IMG/VR virus record: IMGVR_UViG_3300006097_000019
Span: 1-64,000 of that record
Source: a virus
Strand: one strand, 5' to 3'
Length of the DNA stretch: 64,000 nucleotides
The position numbers and the translations under genes are program-made. Positions 44,158-55,100 of the stretch are shown here, piece by piece (position 1 is the first letter of the stretch; every line of letters begins with the position of its first letter). The notes beneath the pieces were generated by a model. It was not told where the DNA came from, searched no databases, and worked only from the letters and a program-made list of their open reading frames with translations.

Positions 44158-44841
44158 CTATTTTAATCCATAATAAATATAAACTTTTTTATATTCTTTA
44201 TCCCACCAAATACCTTTAAATCTTTTACCAACTAAATCTTCAATTATTTTACGAGTCCATAAATAACTCTTACCATTTTCTAATTTAAATCCTTCATCAT
44301 TTATATCATAAGTAATAAAATATACATCCATTAAACTCCTAATCCAATTCATAAATGCATCATTTTTAATTCTGCCTTCTAAAATATCTTCAAAATAATT
44401 TGCAAAATCTTCATAAGCAGGAATATATCTATAATTACCTTGATCTATTAAATTAAATTGCCTTCTAATTTTACCTTTACTTAGTTGCTGTGCTTTAATC
44501 CAAAAATCACTATCTTCAATAGTTCCATACTCAACATGTATAAAATGACCTAACTCATGCGAACACTTACTTGGTTTTACTAAATTTAATTGTTCTTCAG
44601 ATAATCCGATAACTTTTGTTTCTTCTTCATTAATTACATTAGTATAAATAATATCTCTTTCATCAATAAAATGTTCTCTATTTGCCAACCAACCAGTAGT
44701 AGGTTTACCCTCATATGGAATATCTACATAGAAAGATAAATTAGGATAAATACCAGGATAAAAACCTTCTCTGCGGAATAGTGGTAAATATCTTTTTTCA
44801 AATGTTGCTTTTTCATATTTATCTTTAAAAAAGTATTGCAA
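44158..44841 (-). CDS. putative zinc metallopeptidase (HExxH)
   Basis: CSHELGHFIHVEYG contains HELGH; own upstream terminator. Confidence 0.45.
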   Translation of the reverse strand: MQYFFKDKYEKATFEKRYLPLFRREGFYPGIYPNLSFYVDIPYEGKPTTGWLANREHFIDERDIIYTNVINEEETKVIGLSEEQLNLVKPSKCSHELGHFIHVEYGTIEDSDFWIKAQQLSKGKIRRQFNLIDQGNYRYIPAYEDFANYFEDILEGRIKNDAFMNWIRSLMDVYFITYDINDEGFKLENGKSYLWTRKIIEDLVGKRFKGIWWDKEYKKVYIYYGLK

Positions 44842-44860
44842 TTATTTCACTCCTTTCAAA

Positions 44861-44896
44861 TTAAATTAAAAAGAGAGGGAGAACTGCACCCTCTCT
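44861..44896 (-). terminator. Rho-independent terminator (minus strand)
   Basis: Stem agagaggg (44872-44879) / ccctctct (44889-44896) with an A-run on the plus strand at 44861-44871, which is a T-run on the minus strand. Confidence 0.6.
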
Positions 44897-45016
44897 TGTA
44901 TATAATTACATATTTTCATAAAACAAATATTTTATCTTATATCTTTTAAGCAGATTTTTGAGTATTAAAAATCCCTTCAAGATTATCTAAATCTGAAGGG
45001 AAAAGTATTAGGTAAT

Positions 45017-45226
45017 TTAAGTTATATTTAAATAATTTAAAAATTGACTATAATTTTTAACATTTTTATCTGGGCAATTACCAATATAATAAAAAGGACT
45101 TGGTAATCCCCATTTATTATTAATTAATTCATTGTATTTGATGGGTCTTTTTAATTTGTCACAAATTTCTAAGAAGCATTCAATATAATATTTATAAGGT
45201 TTTGATTTATCTACAATATTAATCAC
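45017..45226 (-). CDS. hypothetical protein
   Basis: 69-aa ORF. Confidence 0.4.
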   Translation of the reverse strand: MINIVDKSKPYKYYIECFLEICDKLKRPIKYNELINNKWGLPSPFYYIGNCPDKNVKNYSQFLNYLNIT

Positions 45227-45288
45227 GACCTTTATTTCTGCAAATCATTTCATATCTTTTTAATAATTTTAAATTCCGTTCATTCATT

Positions 45289-45699
45289 CTAATCATTCCT
45301 ATGTATTTTTTTATATAATTCATTAGGTGTTAAGTTTTTCCATTCAGGTTTATCAAGATAATAAGACACTAATTCTGAACAAATAAATTGGTTGGGAGTA
45401 TTCCACACTTTCCCAACCTTAAACATATACCAAATAAATTGTTTAAAATCATAGTTATATCCAATATATTTTCTTAATTTTTCTACATTATATTTGACAG
45501 GTAATTTTATAATTTCATAATCCTTAAATCTGAAATGTCTAATCCTTACACCTAATGGATATTGACTATCTATTACATGATTTTCATCTATTGCAATAGC
45601 AACATGAGAAAATTCTCCCTTATCAAAAAATCTAATAAGAAAAGAAAGGGGAGACTTACCCCTAACAAAGATTAAGTCTCCACGTTTCATAATTACCAC
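45289..45699 (-). CDS. permuted papain-like (YiiX/NlpC-like) protein
   Basis: GDLIFVRGKSPLSFLIRFF..FSHVAIAI..ICSELVSYY pattern (His then Cys). Confidence 0.4.
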   Translation of the reverse strand: MVIMKRGDLIFVRGKSPLSFLIRFFDKGEFSHVAIAIDENHVIDSQYPLGVRIRHFRFKDYEIIKLPVKYNVEKLRKYIGYNYDFKQFIWYMFKVGKVWNTPNQFICSELVSYYLDKPEWKNLTPNELYKKIHRND

Positions 45700-46199
45700 A
45701 CCACACTTTGTACTTCTTCAATAGTTGTTGCATTTTCTACTTGTGTTTGTAGTGTATCTCTAAATTTACTAATATTTAAATTAATAGTATTAAATGCTTC
45801 TAACTTAACTAAATCAAAAGTTGCCTTATCTAACTCAACTCTCTCTACTAAACCAGTAGCATTATTGACAACTGTCCATTTTACTGAGGTTAATAATCCT
45901 TCTTTAAACATAGCATCTGTTCCTGTAAAATTAGCCTGTGCTTCCATACTAAGTGAAAAATGATAAGATATATTGTTAATTGTATAATCAAAGCCTTCTA
46001 ATATTGCTTTATTACAAAAATAATTTAATTGATTTATTTTTGCTTGTTTTACCTGATCAAGAGTAGCAGTAGTAAAATCTAATTCATTATATATATCATC
46101 TGCTGTTTTCTCACCTTTATTTATATCATTTGCAATTTTTTCTTCAACAATCTTCTTCATAGTAGGACATTTCTCCATAATTAATTCCCATGTTAACAT
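45693..46199 (-). CDS. tail-fibre-associated protein
   Basis: 168 aa immediately downstream of the tail fibre gene and overlapping the next ORF. Confidence 0.35.
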   Translation of the reverse strand: MLTWELIMEKCPTMKKIVEEKIANDINKGEKTADDIYNELDFTTATLDQVKQAKINQLNYFCNKAILEGFDYTINNISYHFSLSMEAQANFTGTDAMFKEGLLTSVKWTVVNNATGLVERVELDKATFDLVKLEAFNTINLNISKFRDTLQTQVENATTIEEVQSVVW

Positions 46200-46212
46200 A
46201 GCTTAATTCCTC

Positions 46213-48450
46213 CTATACCCAAATATTTAATATTTCATTTATTTTATTTTTTAACTCATTATCATTGGCATCAGCCGACATATCAGTTGTAATTGTTGAT
46301 ACAGCGACCATTGCAAGTTCCTTATCTGCTAAAGGTAAAAGACTATCCCAAATATTCGCAATATCTTTTGATAATTGATTTATAGCACCTGTATTACTAT
46401 CCATCTGTGCTGAACGGTTAATCGGCACACTCCAAGTAATCTCCGGCAGTACAGTAGAGTTAACTATCAACGTACCATTTTCAAAACAAGTTAATGGTGT
46501 TATAGCACCTTCTGTTATTACTGGCTCTGCTAACTGATAATTTAGTAAAGTTATATTATAATCGTTGATAAAATTACTTTGAGCAGTTGCTAAATCGGCA
46601 TATTTGCCTTTTGGAACAACAAAAGAAACATAGTTACCGCTAAATTCAGTAGGGCTACCATTGGCTATATAATATTGTCCTATTTTGTTAATATTATCCC
46701 ATGCACTATTTGTACCATCAAACTGTATTTTACCGTGCAAATCAACCAAACCAACATCAGCGAAATCCCATATTGTACTCTCACTATCCCATAACTCATT
46801 ATGAATTTGCACTAAATCAACATTTGCACCACCAGTGTAGTATCGCAAAATATCTGATGATTTAATTGCAAAATCTTCACTAACCCTTTTTATATGCTTC
46901 CCATCTTCGCTAATTTCATCTTTAGTGCCATTAGGTAGTGAACGCAAAACAGGAGGATAGTTTTCGCTTGATTTGTAGGGTTCATAGGCGGTTGCAGGTA
47001 ACTCGTTCTTATTTTCTGCCATTAACTCTAAATTACTGAAATCTAATGTTTTATCAATTTGTATTTCTATTCTCCATGTATTACTAGGTATTTGTGCTAA
47101 ATATTCTCTTGCAACTGTTCCAGTTGTAACTGTTGAAAAACTATTATCTTCATATCTAGCATAAATAGCCATTCCATAATCATTATTTTTACTAATTACT
47201 AAATTATTAAATTCTTTTACATTATATATATCCCAAACTCTTTTTGTAGAAGTTTCTCTAAATACTGTTTTGTCAATTAAATTCTTCCCTACACTCAGTA
47301 AACTATCTCCTTCGTCACTAAATGTAGATTTAGTGCCTTCCCAATATCCTTGTCTTACTAAGTCTAACATTTGTTCTTCTGTGAAATCTTCTATTCCGTT
47401 TGCTGTCATGTTGATTGCAAATACACCTGTGTTACCGTCTACCTCAATAGCAGTTGAAGCATTAGAATATATTTGAATAACATTTGATGTGATACCGACA
47501 TCATCATTTATATCATATATTTCATACCATTTGTCTTGAATTAGATTTGATGCTTTTAAATATAAAGCACCAGTAAAACCTATACCTAAATTAAGACCTG
47601 TACCAGAAACATCTCTAACTTTTGCATAAAGAAAGTATTTATCATCACCTTTATCATTTGGTAATGACTTAAAAGTCCTATAATCATTAGTTAATAGAAC
47701 ACCATCAGTTACAGATACTGCGTTTGCCCACTTGGTAGTACCATTACTGAAATCTCCATTTTCGACTAATTGATTAACGGTTAATCCTTTCAATCCTACG
47801 TTAACTTGCCCATAAACGGTAGTGGAGGGGAGAGATATTACACTAGATGTTTCGGTGATTGGGGTTGAATAGTTAGATTGAGAATATTCATTTTCGATGG
47901 TAGCTACTCTTGTTTCATGATCGTTTAATTCATTATCTATTTGAGTATGTGTTTTAGTACCTTTATTTAGTAAATCTTCATGGTCTATTTGTGGAGCATT
48001 ACCAGGAGTTCCATCATGTTTATGACCTGTATTTGGGTCAAACTTTTCCACCACTCCTTCAGTATCTAAATTATTAAAATTGTCAATCATATCTTGTAAG
48101 TTTGTTACAATATCTGGATTATCATTATGAGCATAGATGCGTTCGGCAGGATATTGTATTATTCCACGACCTTTATATGTCGCTGTAACAGATTTGCCTT
48201 CTTCTAAAACATTAAATGTTACAACACCATTTTGATAATTAACAATAAACTGAGTAGAAGTAGGTTCTCCTTTATATATTTCTGTATATCCAGATATGGT
48301 TACATGGTCGAACTCAGAAGGAATTTCTGATAAAATAATTCTCTGATTTATAATAGTTTGCGTATCAGTTTTGTCAACATAGGGATCTTCTGCAGTACCT
48401 TGTCTCCACGTAATACGGAGAGGGTTGTTGTATTGTAGATACTGTGTCAT
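46213..48450 (-). CDS. tail fibre / receptor-binding protein
   Basis: 745 aa downstream of Tal; Thr/Asn/Gly-rich beta-type composition. Confidence 0.55.
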   Translation of the reverse strand: MTQYLQYNNPLRITWRQGTAEDPYVDKTDTQTIINQRIILSEIPSEFDHVTISGYTEIYKGEPTSTQFIVNYQNGVVTFNVLEEGKSVTATYKGRGIIQYPAERIYAHNDNPDIVTNLQDMIDNFNNLDTEGVVEKFDPNTGHKHDGTPGNAPQIDHEDLLNKGTKTHTQIDNELNDHETRVATIENEYSQSNYSTPITETSSVISLPSTTVYGQVNVGLKGLTVNQLVENGDFSNGTTKWANAVSVTDGVLLTNDYRTFKSLPNDKGDDKYFLYAKVRDVSGTGLNLGIGFTGALYLKASNLIQDKWYEIYDINDDVGITSNVIQIYSNASTAIEVDGNTGVFAINMTANGIEDFTEEQMLDLVRQGYWEGTKSTFSDEGDSLLSVGKNLIDKTVFRETSTKRVWDIYNVKEFNNLVISKNNDYGMAIYARYEDNSFSTVTTGTVAREYLAQIPSNTWRIEIQIDKTLDFSNLELMAENKNELPATAYEPYKSSENYPPVLRSLPNGTKDEISEDGKHIKRVSEDFAIKSSDILRYYTGGANVDLVQIHNELWDSESTIWDFADVGLVDLHGKIQFDGTNSAWDNINKIGQYYIANGSPTEFSGNYVSFVVPKGKYADLATAQSNFINDYNITLLNYQLAEPVITEGAITPLTCFENGTLIVNSTVLPEITWSVPINRSAQMDSNTGAINQLSKDIANIWDSLLPLADKELAMVAVSTITTDMSADANDNELKNKINEILNIWV

Positions 48451-48471
48451 AAATTAACCTCCTTTTTAGAG

Positions 48472-48498
48472 ACATAAAAAAGAGAGGCTTGCCTCTCT
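48472..48498 (-). terminator. hairpin terminator upstream of the tail fibre gene
   Basis: agagagg (48481-48487) / cctctct (48492-48498) flanked by A/T runs. Confidence 0.45.
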
Positions 48499-48518
48499 TT
48501 TAAACAAAAATCATTATT

Positions 48519-48671
48519 TTATTCTATATTTTTTTCTTCTATTGGTTGGTTTAATGCTGTTAATATTTCATTCATAGCTTGAATTTCTTTTAATCCTCTT
48601 ATTTCTACTCTATCTAAAAATATCATTAAATTCTTCACATAATTATCTTCAAATTTAATTAATTTACTCAA
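48519..48671 (-). CDS. hypothetical small protein (50 aa)
   Basis: TTG start after ggagg SD; read by eye. Confidence 0.3.
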   Translation of the reverse strand: MSKLIKFEDNYVKNLMIFLDRVEIRGLKEIQAMNEILTALNQPIEEKNIE

Positions 48672-48684
48672 TTTTTTATCCTCC

Positions 48685-51327
48685 TTACAATCCTCTATTA
48701 GTAAATTGTTGTTCTACCCATCCTCTAGTTGCGACTAAGTTGTCTGTAATTGCAGAAAGTCCAATAAATACATCGCCATCTAAAAAAATATCATCATTGC
48801 AACTTATAGTTATATCATAACCATTGCTTTCGATATAAGCAGACGAATCATTTCTTATATTAAAATCACTACAATTATAAACATTAAAACCACTGTTAGC
48901 ACAATTAATATTCAATCCTGTTCCAGCACCAACATGTGACAATTCAGTATGTACAAATCTTATTAGACTGGTTTCAAAATCTATACTATATGCACCAGTT
49001 AAATATGTTGAACCACCAACAGAACCTAACTCAACCCCATCAGACCATTTTCCTAAATAATCAGCATTTATTTTTACTTGGTTATCTATAGTTTGTAAAA
49101 TATCAGTGCCATCTAATATTAATTCGTTACAAATTATCTTACCTTCAATAGTTAAATTGCCACTTGTATCAGCATATAATTTTTTACTAGTCCAACCATC
49201 ATTAGTTGTATTTCTAACACCTATAGTTATACCTTCTGTAGCATTTAACATAGTAGTTATTCCATTATCGCCACTAACAGTAATTCCATTAGTTGTATCA
49301 ATTTTTACACCATTGTATAAAGTATTTTTCTGAATAGAATTATTCCATTTATTAACTGATGTAGAATTGATTTGGCTTTCAGGCAATCCATTTGTAATTG
49401 TTAATGAAGCACCTGCAATAGTAACTCCATTACCATCAACAGAAAAAGAACCACTGTCATTAACAATGGTTAAATTATTACCTGCAATTATTTCACCTAT
49501 TAATTTTTCAGCATATACTCCTGAACTATCAATCGCTACGCCAAAAGTATTTCCTCCATCTTGTGTTAAACCAATAACTCCATTCGTCATTCTTATATAT
49601 TTCAAAGGATCGGCACTGTTTGATATCGTAACTCCACGTTCATTAACTGTTACACTATTATTTACACCTGAAATTATTTCTCTTTTAGCACTATCCCATG
49701 TATTATTTAAAATAGTAGAAACTTCATTACTTGTGCTAAATGCTGTTTGCCATTTAAACTTATTCATATCAACAATAGAAGAAGTGGATATCACATTATA
49801 AAATTCTTTCAAAAAATCATCATCGTCAGTTTTTATATCTTTTGTATTTGCAATAGTCAAATTAATATCTGCATTTTCAAAATTATAATATATTTCAATT
49901 ATTTTAGTAGAAATATTTATGTTTAATTTGTCATATTGGACATTTATAATGTCTCCTAATTGTAATTTATCCCAATTTAATTGTTCTTCAATTATTTCTA
50001 AAAAATTCACAATATCTAATTCAAATATAATTTGTGGTTCACGTATATCTTGAAATGTTTCAATAGCTTTATTATATAATTCTTTATCATCATAAATATT
50101 TTCATTAGACCATTCTTTTTCAATAATAAACTGATTTCTTTCAACTATTTGTTCAGGTGTAAAATTATTTTCTATAGATATTTCATTTTGTAATGTAGTT
50201 ATTTGACTATCGATATTAGAAATATCATTTTCAACTGAAGTAATTTCAGATTCTTTATTTGCTATTTCATTTTCTTTATTTTGTAAATCAATCTTTAATT
50301 GTTCTTCATCCCCTACACCTGTTGATTGAGCAATGTCTAAATTATCTTGTATTACTGCCAATTCAGTTTCTAAAGTAGATAATTCATTTTCTTTAGTTGT
50401 TAAAGTATTTTGTAAAGTTTCTTTTTGTGTGAGTAAAGCATCAAAATCACCTTTTTTTGTTTCTAACAAATCATTGTAGACAATAATTGCTTTACATAAT
50501 CCATCGGACATATAATCTGAATGTTTTATGATATTTCCATCTACATCTTCTTCATAAGGATGTATGAAATAAGTAAAATCTTCAATATAATTAGTGCCAG
50601 TAGGATTAACACGTTGAATACTTAATTCATCCTTACCAAAAACTTTTAATCTAGTAACCATTTCATCGACACTAGATATTTTATTTAAAGATTTTAGATA
50701 TTTTCCATAGTTGATTTTAAATCCTCTATCAATCCCCACATTATCAGATTTATAAAAACTAATAGTACGATTAAGAGTATCCCATACTACTAAAGCATTA
50801 AATGTTTCTGCAATTTGATAAACAAAATCTAATAATGTAGCATTAGATACATTAAATGAGCGATACATAATATCAAAATCTGCATCAATATAATCAATAG
50901 TCCATATACTTGAAGATAATACTTCAGTTAATACTTGTGTGGCATTATAAGAGGTAACACTATAATCTCTAATTAATTTATCCCGCAATTCATAACCAAG
51001 GCTAAAAGTATGAACTTCTTTATTATCGTTATCTTCATTCATATTGTCTATTAATTCATTTATAATGAACCATTCAGTATAATTTCCTAAAACTAATTTA
51101 ATTAAATACCGTTCTTTGAGTTTATTGATATTATCATTAAATTTTAATTCATGATTTATTTCAATTTCATAAGGCAAGGAAAAAGACAGCTCATTGAGCT
51201 GTCTTAAACTTAATTTTAAATTTATATCAAAACTTTCATTTAATTTACCAATTATTTCTTTATTTGGTTTACACAAAAATAACTGTGGTTTTTGAGGTTT
51301 TAAATTTAAATCAATATCTAAAAACAA
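48685..51327 (-). CDS. tail-associated lysin-like / baseplate hub protein (Tal)
   Basis: 880 aa immediately after Dit; central coiled-coil; position typical of the siphophage Tal / prophage tail endopeptidase family. Confidence 0.55.
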   Translation of the reverse strand: MFLDIDLNLKPQKPQLFLCKPNKEIIGKLNESFDINLKLSLRQLNELSFSLPYEIEINHELKFNDNINKLKERYLIKLVLGNYTEWFIINELIDNMNEDNDNKEVHTFSLGYELRDKLIRDYSVTSYNATQVLTEVLSSSIWTIDYIDADFDIMYRSFNVSNATLLDFVYQIAETFNALVVWDTLNRTISFYKSDNVGIDRGFKINYGKYLKSLNKISSVDEMVTRLKVFGKDELSIQRVNPTGTNYIEDFTYFIHPYEEDVDGNIIKHSDYMSDGLCKAIIVYNDLLETKKGDFDALLTQKETLQNTLTTKENELSTLETELAVIQDNLDIAQSTGVGDEEQLKIDLQNKENEIANKESEITSVENDISNIDSQITTLQNEISIENNFTPEQIVERNQFIIEKEWSNENIYDDKELYNKAIETFQDIREPQIIFELDIVNFLEIIEEQLNWDKLQLGDIINVQYDKLNINISTKIIEIYYNFENADINLTIANTKDIKTDDDDFLKEFYNVISTSSIVDMNKFKWQTAFSTSNEVSTILNNTWDSAKREIISGVNNSVTVNERGVTISNSADPLKYIRMTNGVIGLTQDGGNTFGVAIDSSGVYAEKLIGEIIAGNNLTIVNDSGSFSVDGNGVTIAGASLTITNGLPESQINSTSVNKWNNSIQKNTLYNGVKIDTTNGITVSGDNGITTMLNATEGITIGVRNTTNDGWTSKKLYADTSGNLTIEGKIICNELILDGTDILQTIDNQVKINADYLGKWSDGVELGSVGGSTYLTGAYSIDFETSLIRFVHTELSHVGAGTGLNINCANSGFNVYNCSDFNIRNDSSAYIESNGYDITISCNDDIFLDGDVFIGLSAITDNLVATRGWVEQQFTNRGL

Positions 51328-51340
51328 TAAAAATCACCAC

Positions 51341-52114
51341 CTATCCAGCTAGAGTGCGAAATTGGTAACGCATTTGAATTTTACAATTTCCTTTAATTAA
51401 TAAGTTATTTGTACCGTATTTTAATTGAAGGTATGTGTCGTTAAACGATTCATATCTAAATTCATTTGGCAAAGTTGTTTCAATAATTTGTTTCTCGCAA
51501 TTTATATAAACTTCTTCACCATCTAATAATCCTGTAAATTTAAATTCCTGATTGCCATTGGTTTGATTTATTATTGACACATCTCCATTACCTACTTTAA
51601 TAATAGAGATTTCAGGGTATATGTCTATATCGCCTGAATTAGTAAATTGTAAAACAGTACCATCTACTGTATTTGTACTATAATCATAAACAGGTGAAGT
51701 GTAAGTAGGAGAATAGGAGTAAGGTGAGTTACAACGCATTTGTATGTTTAAATATCCCTGTTTTAAACCATTATGGAGTAAATCTACTGAACCGTTATAC
51801 ATGCAATAAAAAATTCTATTTACGTTGCTAGTAGTATAAAAAGGCTTGTAATAATCTTGATTTAACCATCTGGCAATTGAACGTATGATATCTTCTTCCC
51901 ATGTATTCTCAAAAGCAAATTGTAAATTTAAAGTAAGAGGAGAACGTGTCACCCCTTGAAAGTAAGGAATATCATTTCCTCTTATAGATATTTCATTTAT
52001 ATTTTTTTCTGCTAAAAAAGTTTCTTCATATAAACCTGTGGAAACTTGGCAATTAAGTAAACCCATATCAACCGAAAAAATTCCATCATAATAAAAGTCA
52101 GTAGTTTCTTTCAA
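51341..52114 (-). CDS. distal tail protein (Dit)
   Basis: 257 aa directly downstream of the tape measure; N-terminal FYYDGIFSVDMGL typical of the Sipho_tail family. Confidence 0.55.
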   Translation of the reverse strand: MKETTDFYYDGIFSVDMGLLNCQVSTGLYEETFLAEKNINEISIRGNDIPYFQGVTRSPLTLNLQFAFENTWEEDIIRSIARWLNQDYYKPFYTTSNVNRIFYCMYNGSVDLLHNGLKQGYLNIQMRCNSPYSYSPTYTSPVYDYSTNTVDGTVLQFTNSGDIDIYPEISIIKVGNGDVSIINQTNGNQEFKFTGLLDGEEVYINCEKQIIETTLPNEFRYESFNDTYLQLKYGTNNLLIKGNCKIQMRYQFRTLAG

Positions 52115-52129
52115 ATAAGATCACCTCAC

Positions 52130-55100
52130 TTACTTCTTACCAACACTTTTCATTTTATTAGAAATAAATGTAAATACATTTTCTTGATCTCTTCTTGTTC
52201 CTCTGAAGTTATCAAATACAAAGTTCATATTATAAATATCTCCATTAGCACCAGCTAATACAGGTTGTTTTGGAATAATACTTTTAATTATATTACTAAT
52301 TGAAGTAGGCACATTTAATAATTGCTTTTCATTAAGCACCAATTCACCTTTGAGTAATTTTGCTATTTCTTCTGTTTTGGAATTAAATGAAACTCCTCCA
52401 ACTTCTCCACCACCATGATAATAACCTAAATCTTTTAACATTTCTCTTTGTTTTTCTATTAGTTCAGCATCTCTACCATCTGAATAATATAAGTCACCAC
52501 CAGTATTCGCATTGGTGTTACGTGTATTTCCATAACTATCTTTATAACTATATTTCCCAGTATTAAAAGAAGCATAAGAAGATAAACTGTTTAATTCTGT
52601 TTTAACAGACCTAATGCTATCAATTAAATTATTTTTAATACTCTGACTTACATTTTGTAATTTACTATCTACTCCATTAACAAACCCATCAAAATCAGAC
52701 AATACATTTTCTAAATGACCATTTATTATTTCTTCACGTATAGTAGTATACATACGTTCATTATTGATTAGATTATCATAGTGAGTAATAATAGATTGTC
52801 TTTCTTGTTCTAATCTATTTTTAGTTTTTTGGTATTTTTTATCTTCTGATTCTTGTTTAGCTTCAATATCTTCACGATATTCGTCTAATTGGTCTTGTAA
52901 ATTATCCCGGCGTAATTCTCTACTACGGTCAGTTTTTAACCTTTCAATCTCTTCTTCTTTCTCAGTTAATTGTTTATTAAGTTCAAATAATCTTGCTCTA
53001 GCTTCAATACTATTATCTAAAGAAAGAACATTTATTTCATCTTGAATTTCTGCACGCTCTTGTTGTAAGTCAGATAATTGTTCATTGTAATCTTCTTTAT
53101 TTGCCTCTCTATCAAGGAGTTTTTGTTTTTTATTTATATAATCTTCATATTCATCTAGTTCATCTTGAAGATTATCTACTACTCTTTGATGTCTACGTTC
53201 TTCAGCATTAATTTCATCATCTAACGCATTTAATTTTGCTTCTTTTTGTTCTTTATAGACATTTTTATAAATTTCAATTACTTTGTCTGCTAATTCATTT
53301 ACTTTTTTCTCCCAATCTTCATTTATTTTCTGCACTTCATTATTTAAATTTTTAATTGCAATTTCTGCATCATAAATAGAGTTTTCAGATGAAATGATAC
53401 TTTTATTGAGATTGGTGAAAGAAGAAATTAATTCATCTAAATTTTCTTTTTGTTTATCAGTTAATTTATTATAAGTATCCGTATTTACAGACAATGTTTC
53501 TAAATCATCAGAAACTTTTACTACATTACTATAAGCACCTAATTGATCTGCAATACCTTGACGAGCATCTTTTTGTTGGGTTAGCAAATCTTCATTTAAT
53601 TTGATTAGATCATTTTGTAATTCTATCTCTTTATTTATTAAAGGTAATCTTTCTTGTTCAGTTGCTAAAACTCTTTGTTTTTGTATAGATATTAACTCTG
53701 CTTCTTTTTCAGATAGTAATTGAAGTGTATTGAAAAATTGTTCTAAACGAGATTGGTATGGATTTCCTGCATCGCTACTACCTAAACCAGTAGATGTAGT
53801 AGAACTAATTACATCAGAAGGACGTGTACCAGTTCTATTACTGTCAATTGGTGTATATGGAGAATCAGGTTTTTTCTCAAGAAATGCTAATACTTCTTTC
53901 GTTTCTCTTAATTGCGAATTTACTATTGCCTGTTCTGCTAACTTTTCCGATAGTTTATTTACGTATTTTTCTCTATCAGCATCATTTAAATCCATTCTCA
54001 TTCCGTATTCTTTACCATTAATACGAAATGCTTTACTATAACCTCTGTTAAGCACTTCATTATAATAATCAATTTCTTCTTGTAGTTTTTTCCTTTGACT
54101 TTCCAAATTTTGAATATTAAATTTTCCTTTTGATTTTTCTGTTTGAATAAATAATTCTAGATTTTCTTTCTGTTTATTCATTGTTTCAATAATTGCATTT
54201 TTTAAATTACCATAAGCTAATTCCTGGTCATTTATACTGCTAATAATAGAAGGGTTAATATCAATTAATTTGTTTTGAACATCTAGCAAGTCATTTTGTG
54301 CTACACTGTTTTCTCCATATTCATTTTTTAAGTTTTCTAATTCTCTATCTAATTCAACTGTTTTTTCTTTTTGTGTTTGCATTTTTCTTAAAGAAGTTTC
54401 AGTATTTTTATTAAAATCTTCAATTTTACTATTAGTTGATTGAATAGAAGAAGCATATGCTGTATAACCTATTGTTGCAGTTGCTAAAAGTGCCAATAAA
54501 ATATTCAAACCACCAGTCATAGCAGTTATTTGAAAATTAACTGCCTGTAAAGATGTTACTAACTTTATTGCTAATACTGAAGATAATCCAGCCATAGCTA
54601 TTTGCAAATAATTAGTTTTATTTATTAATATATCTAAAAATTCAACAAAACTTGTTAGTCTATCTATGAAATTTTTAATAAAATCTGAATTAATTGCATT
54701 TTTCCAAAATAACTGAATAGAACTTGTTAATAATGAAATTTTACCAGCTATACTATCTAAGTATTTTTCATTTTCTATTAATGCAGAATTTGCAGAATTA
54801 GTGGCAGATTCTATTGCCCCTTCAACTGATTGCCAGTTCATTAAAATGGCATTTAAAACTGGTGCCTGCCTGATTCCTGACGTTAATTCTCCAATTTTCG
54901 CTCTTTCTTCATCATTAAGGGTAGACCATACTCTTGCTAAATCTTGTAATATATCATAAGTTGAACGTAATTCACCATTTTTTGTTTGAATATCAATTCC
55001 AGCAAATTCTTTAAAACTTCGCTGTAGCTTCGGCATGAGTCCGTCAATTTCTTCGCCATTTTCCGAAATTCCTCTCAGTCTACTTGATATCGTGATCAGA

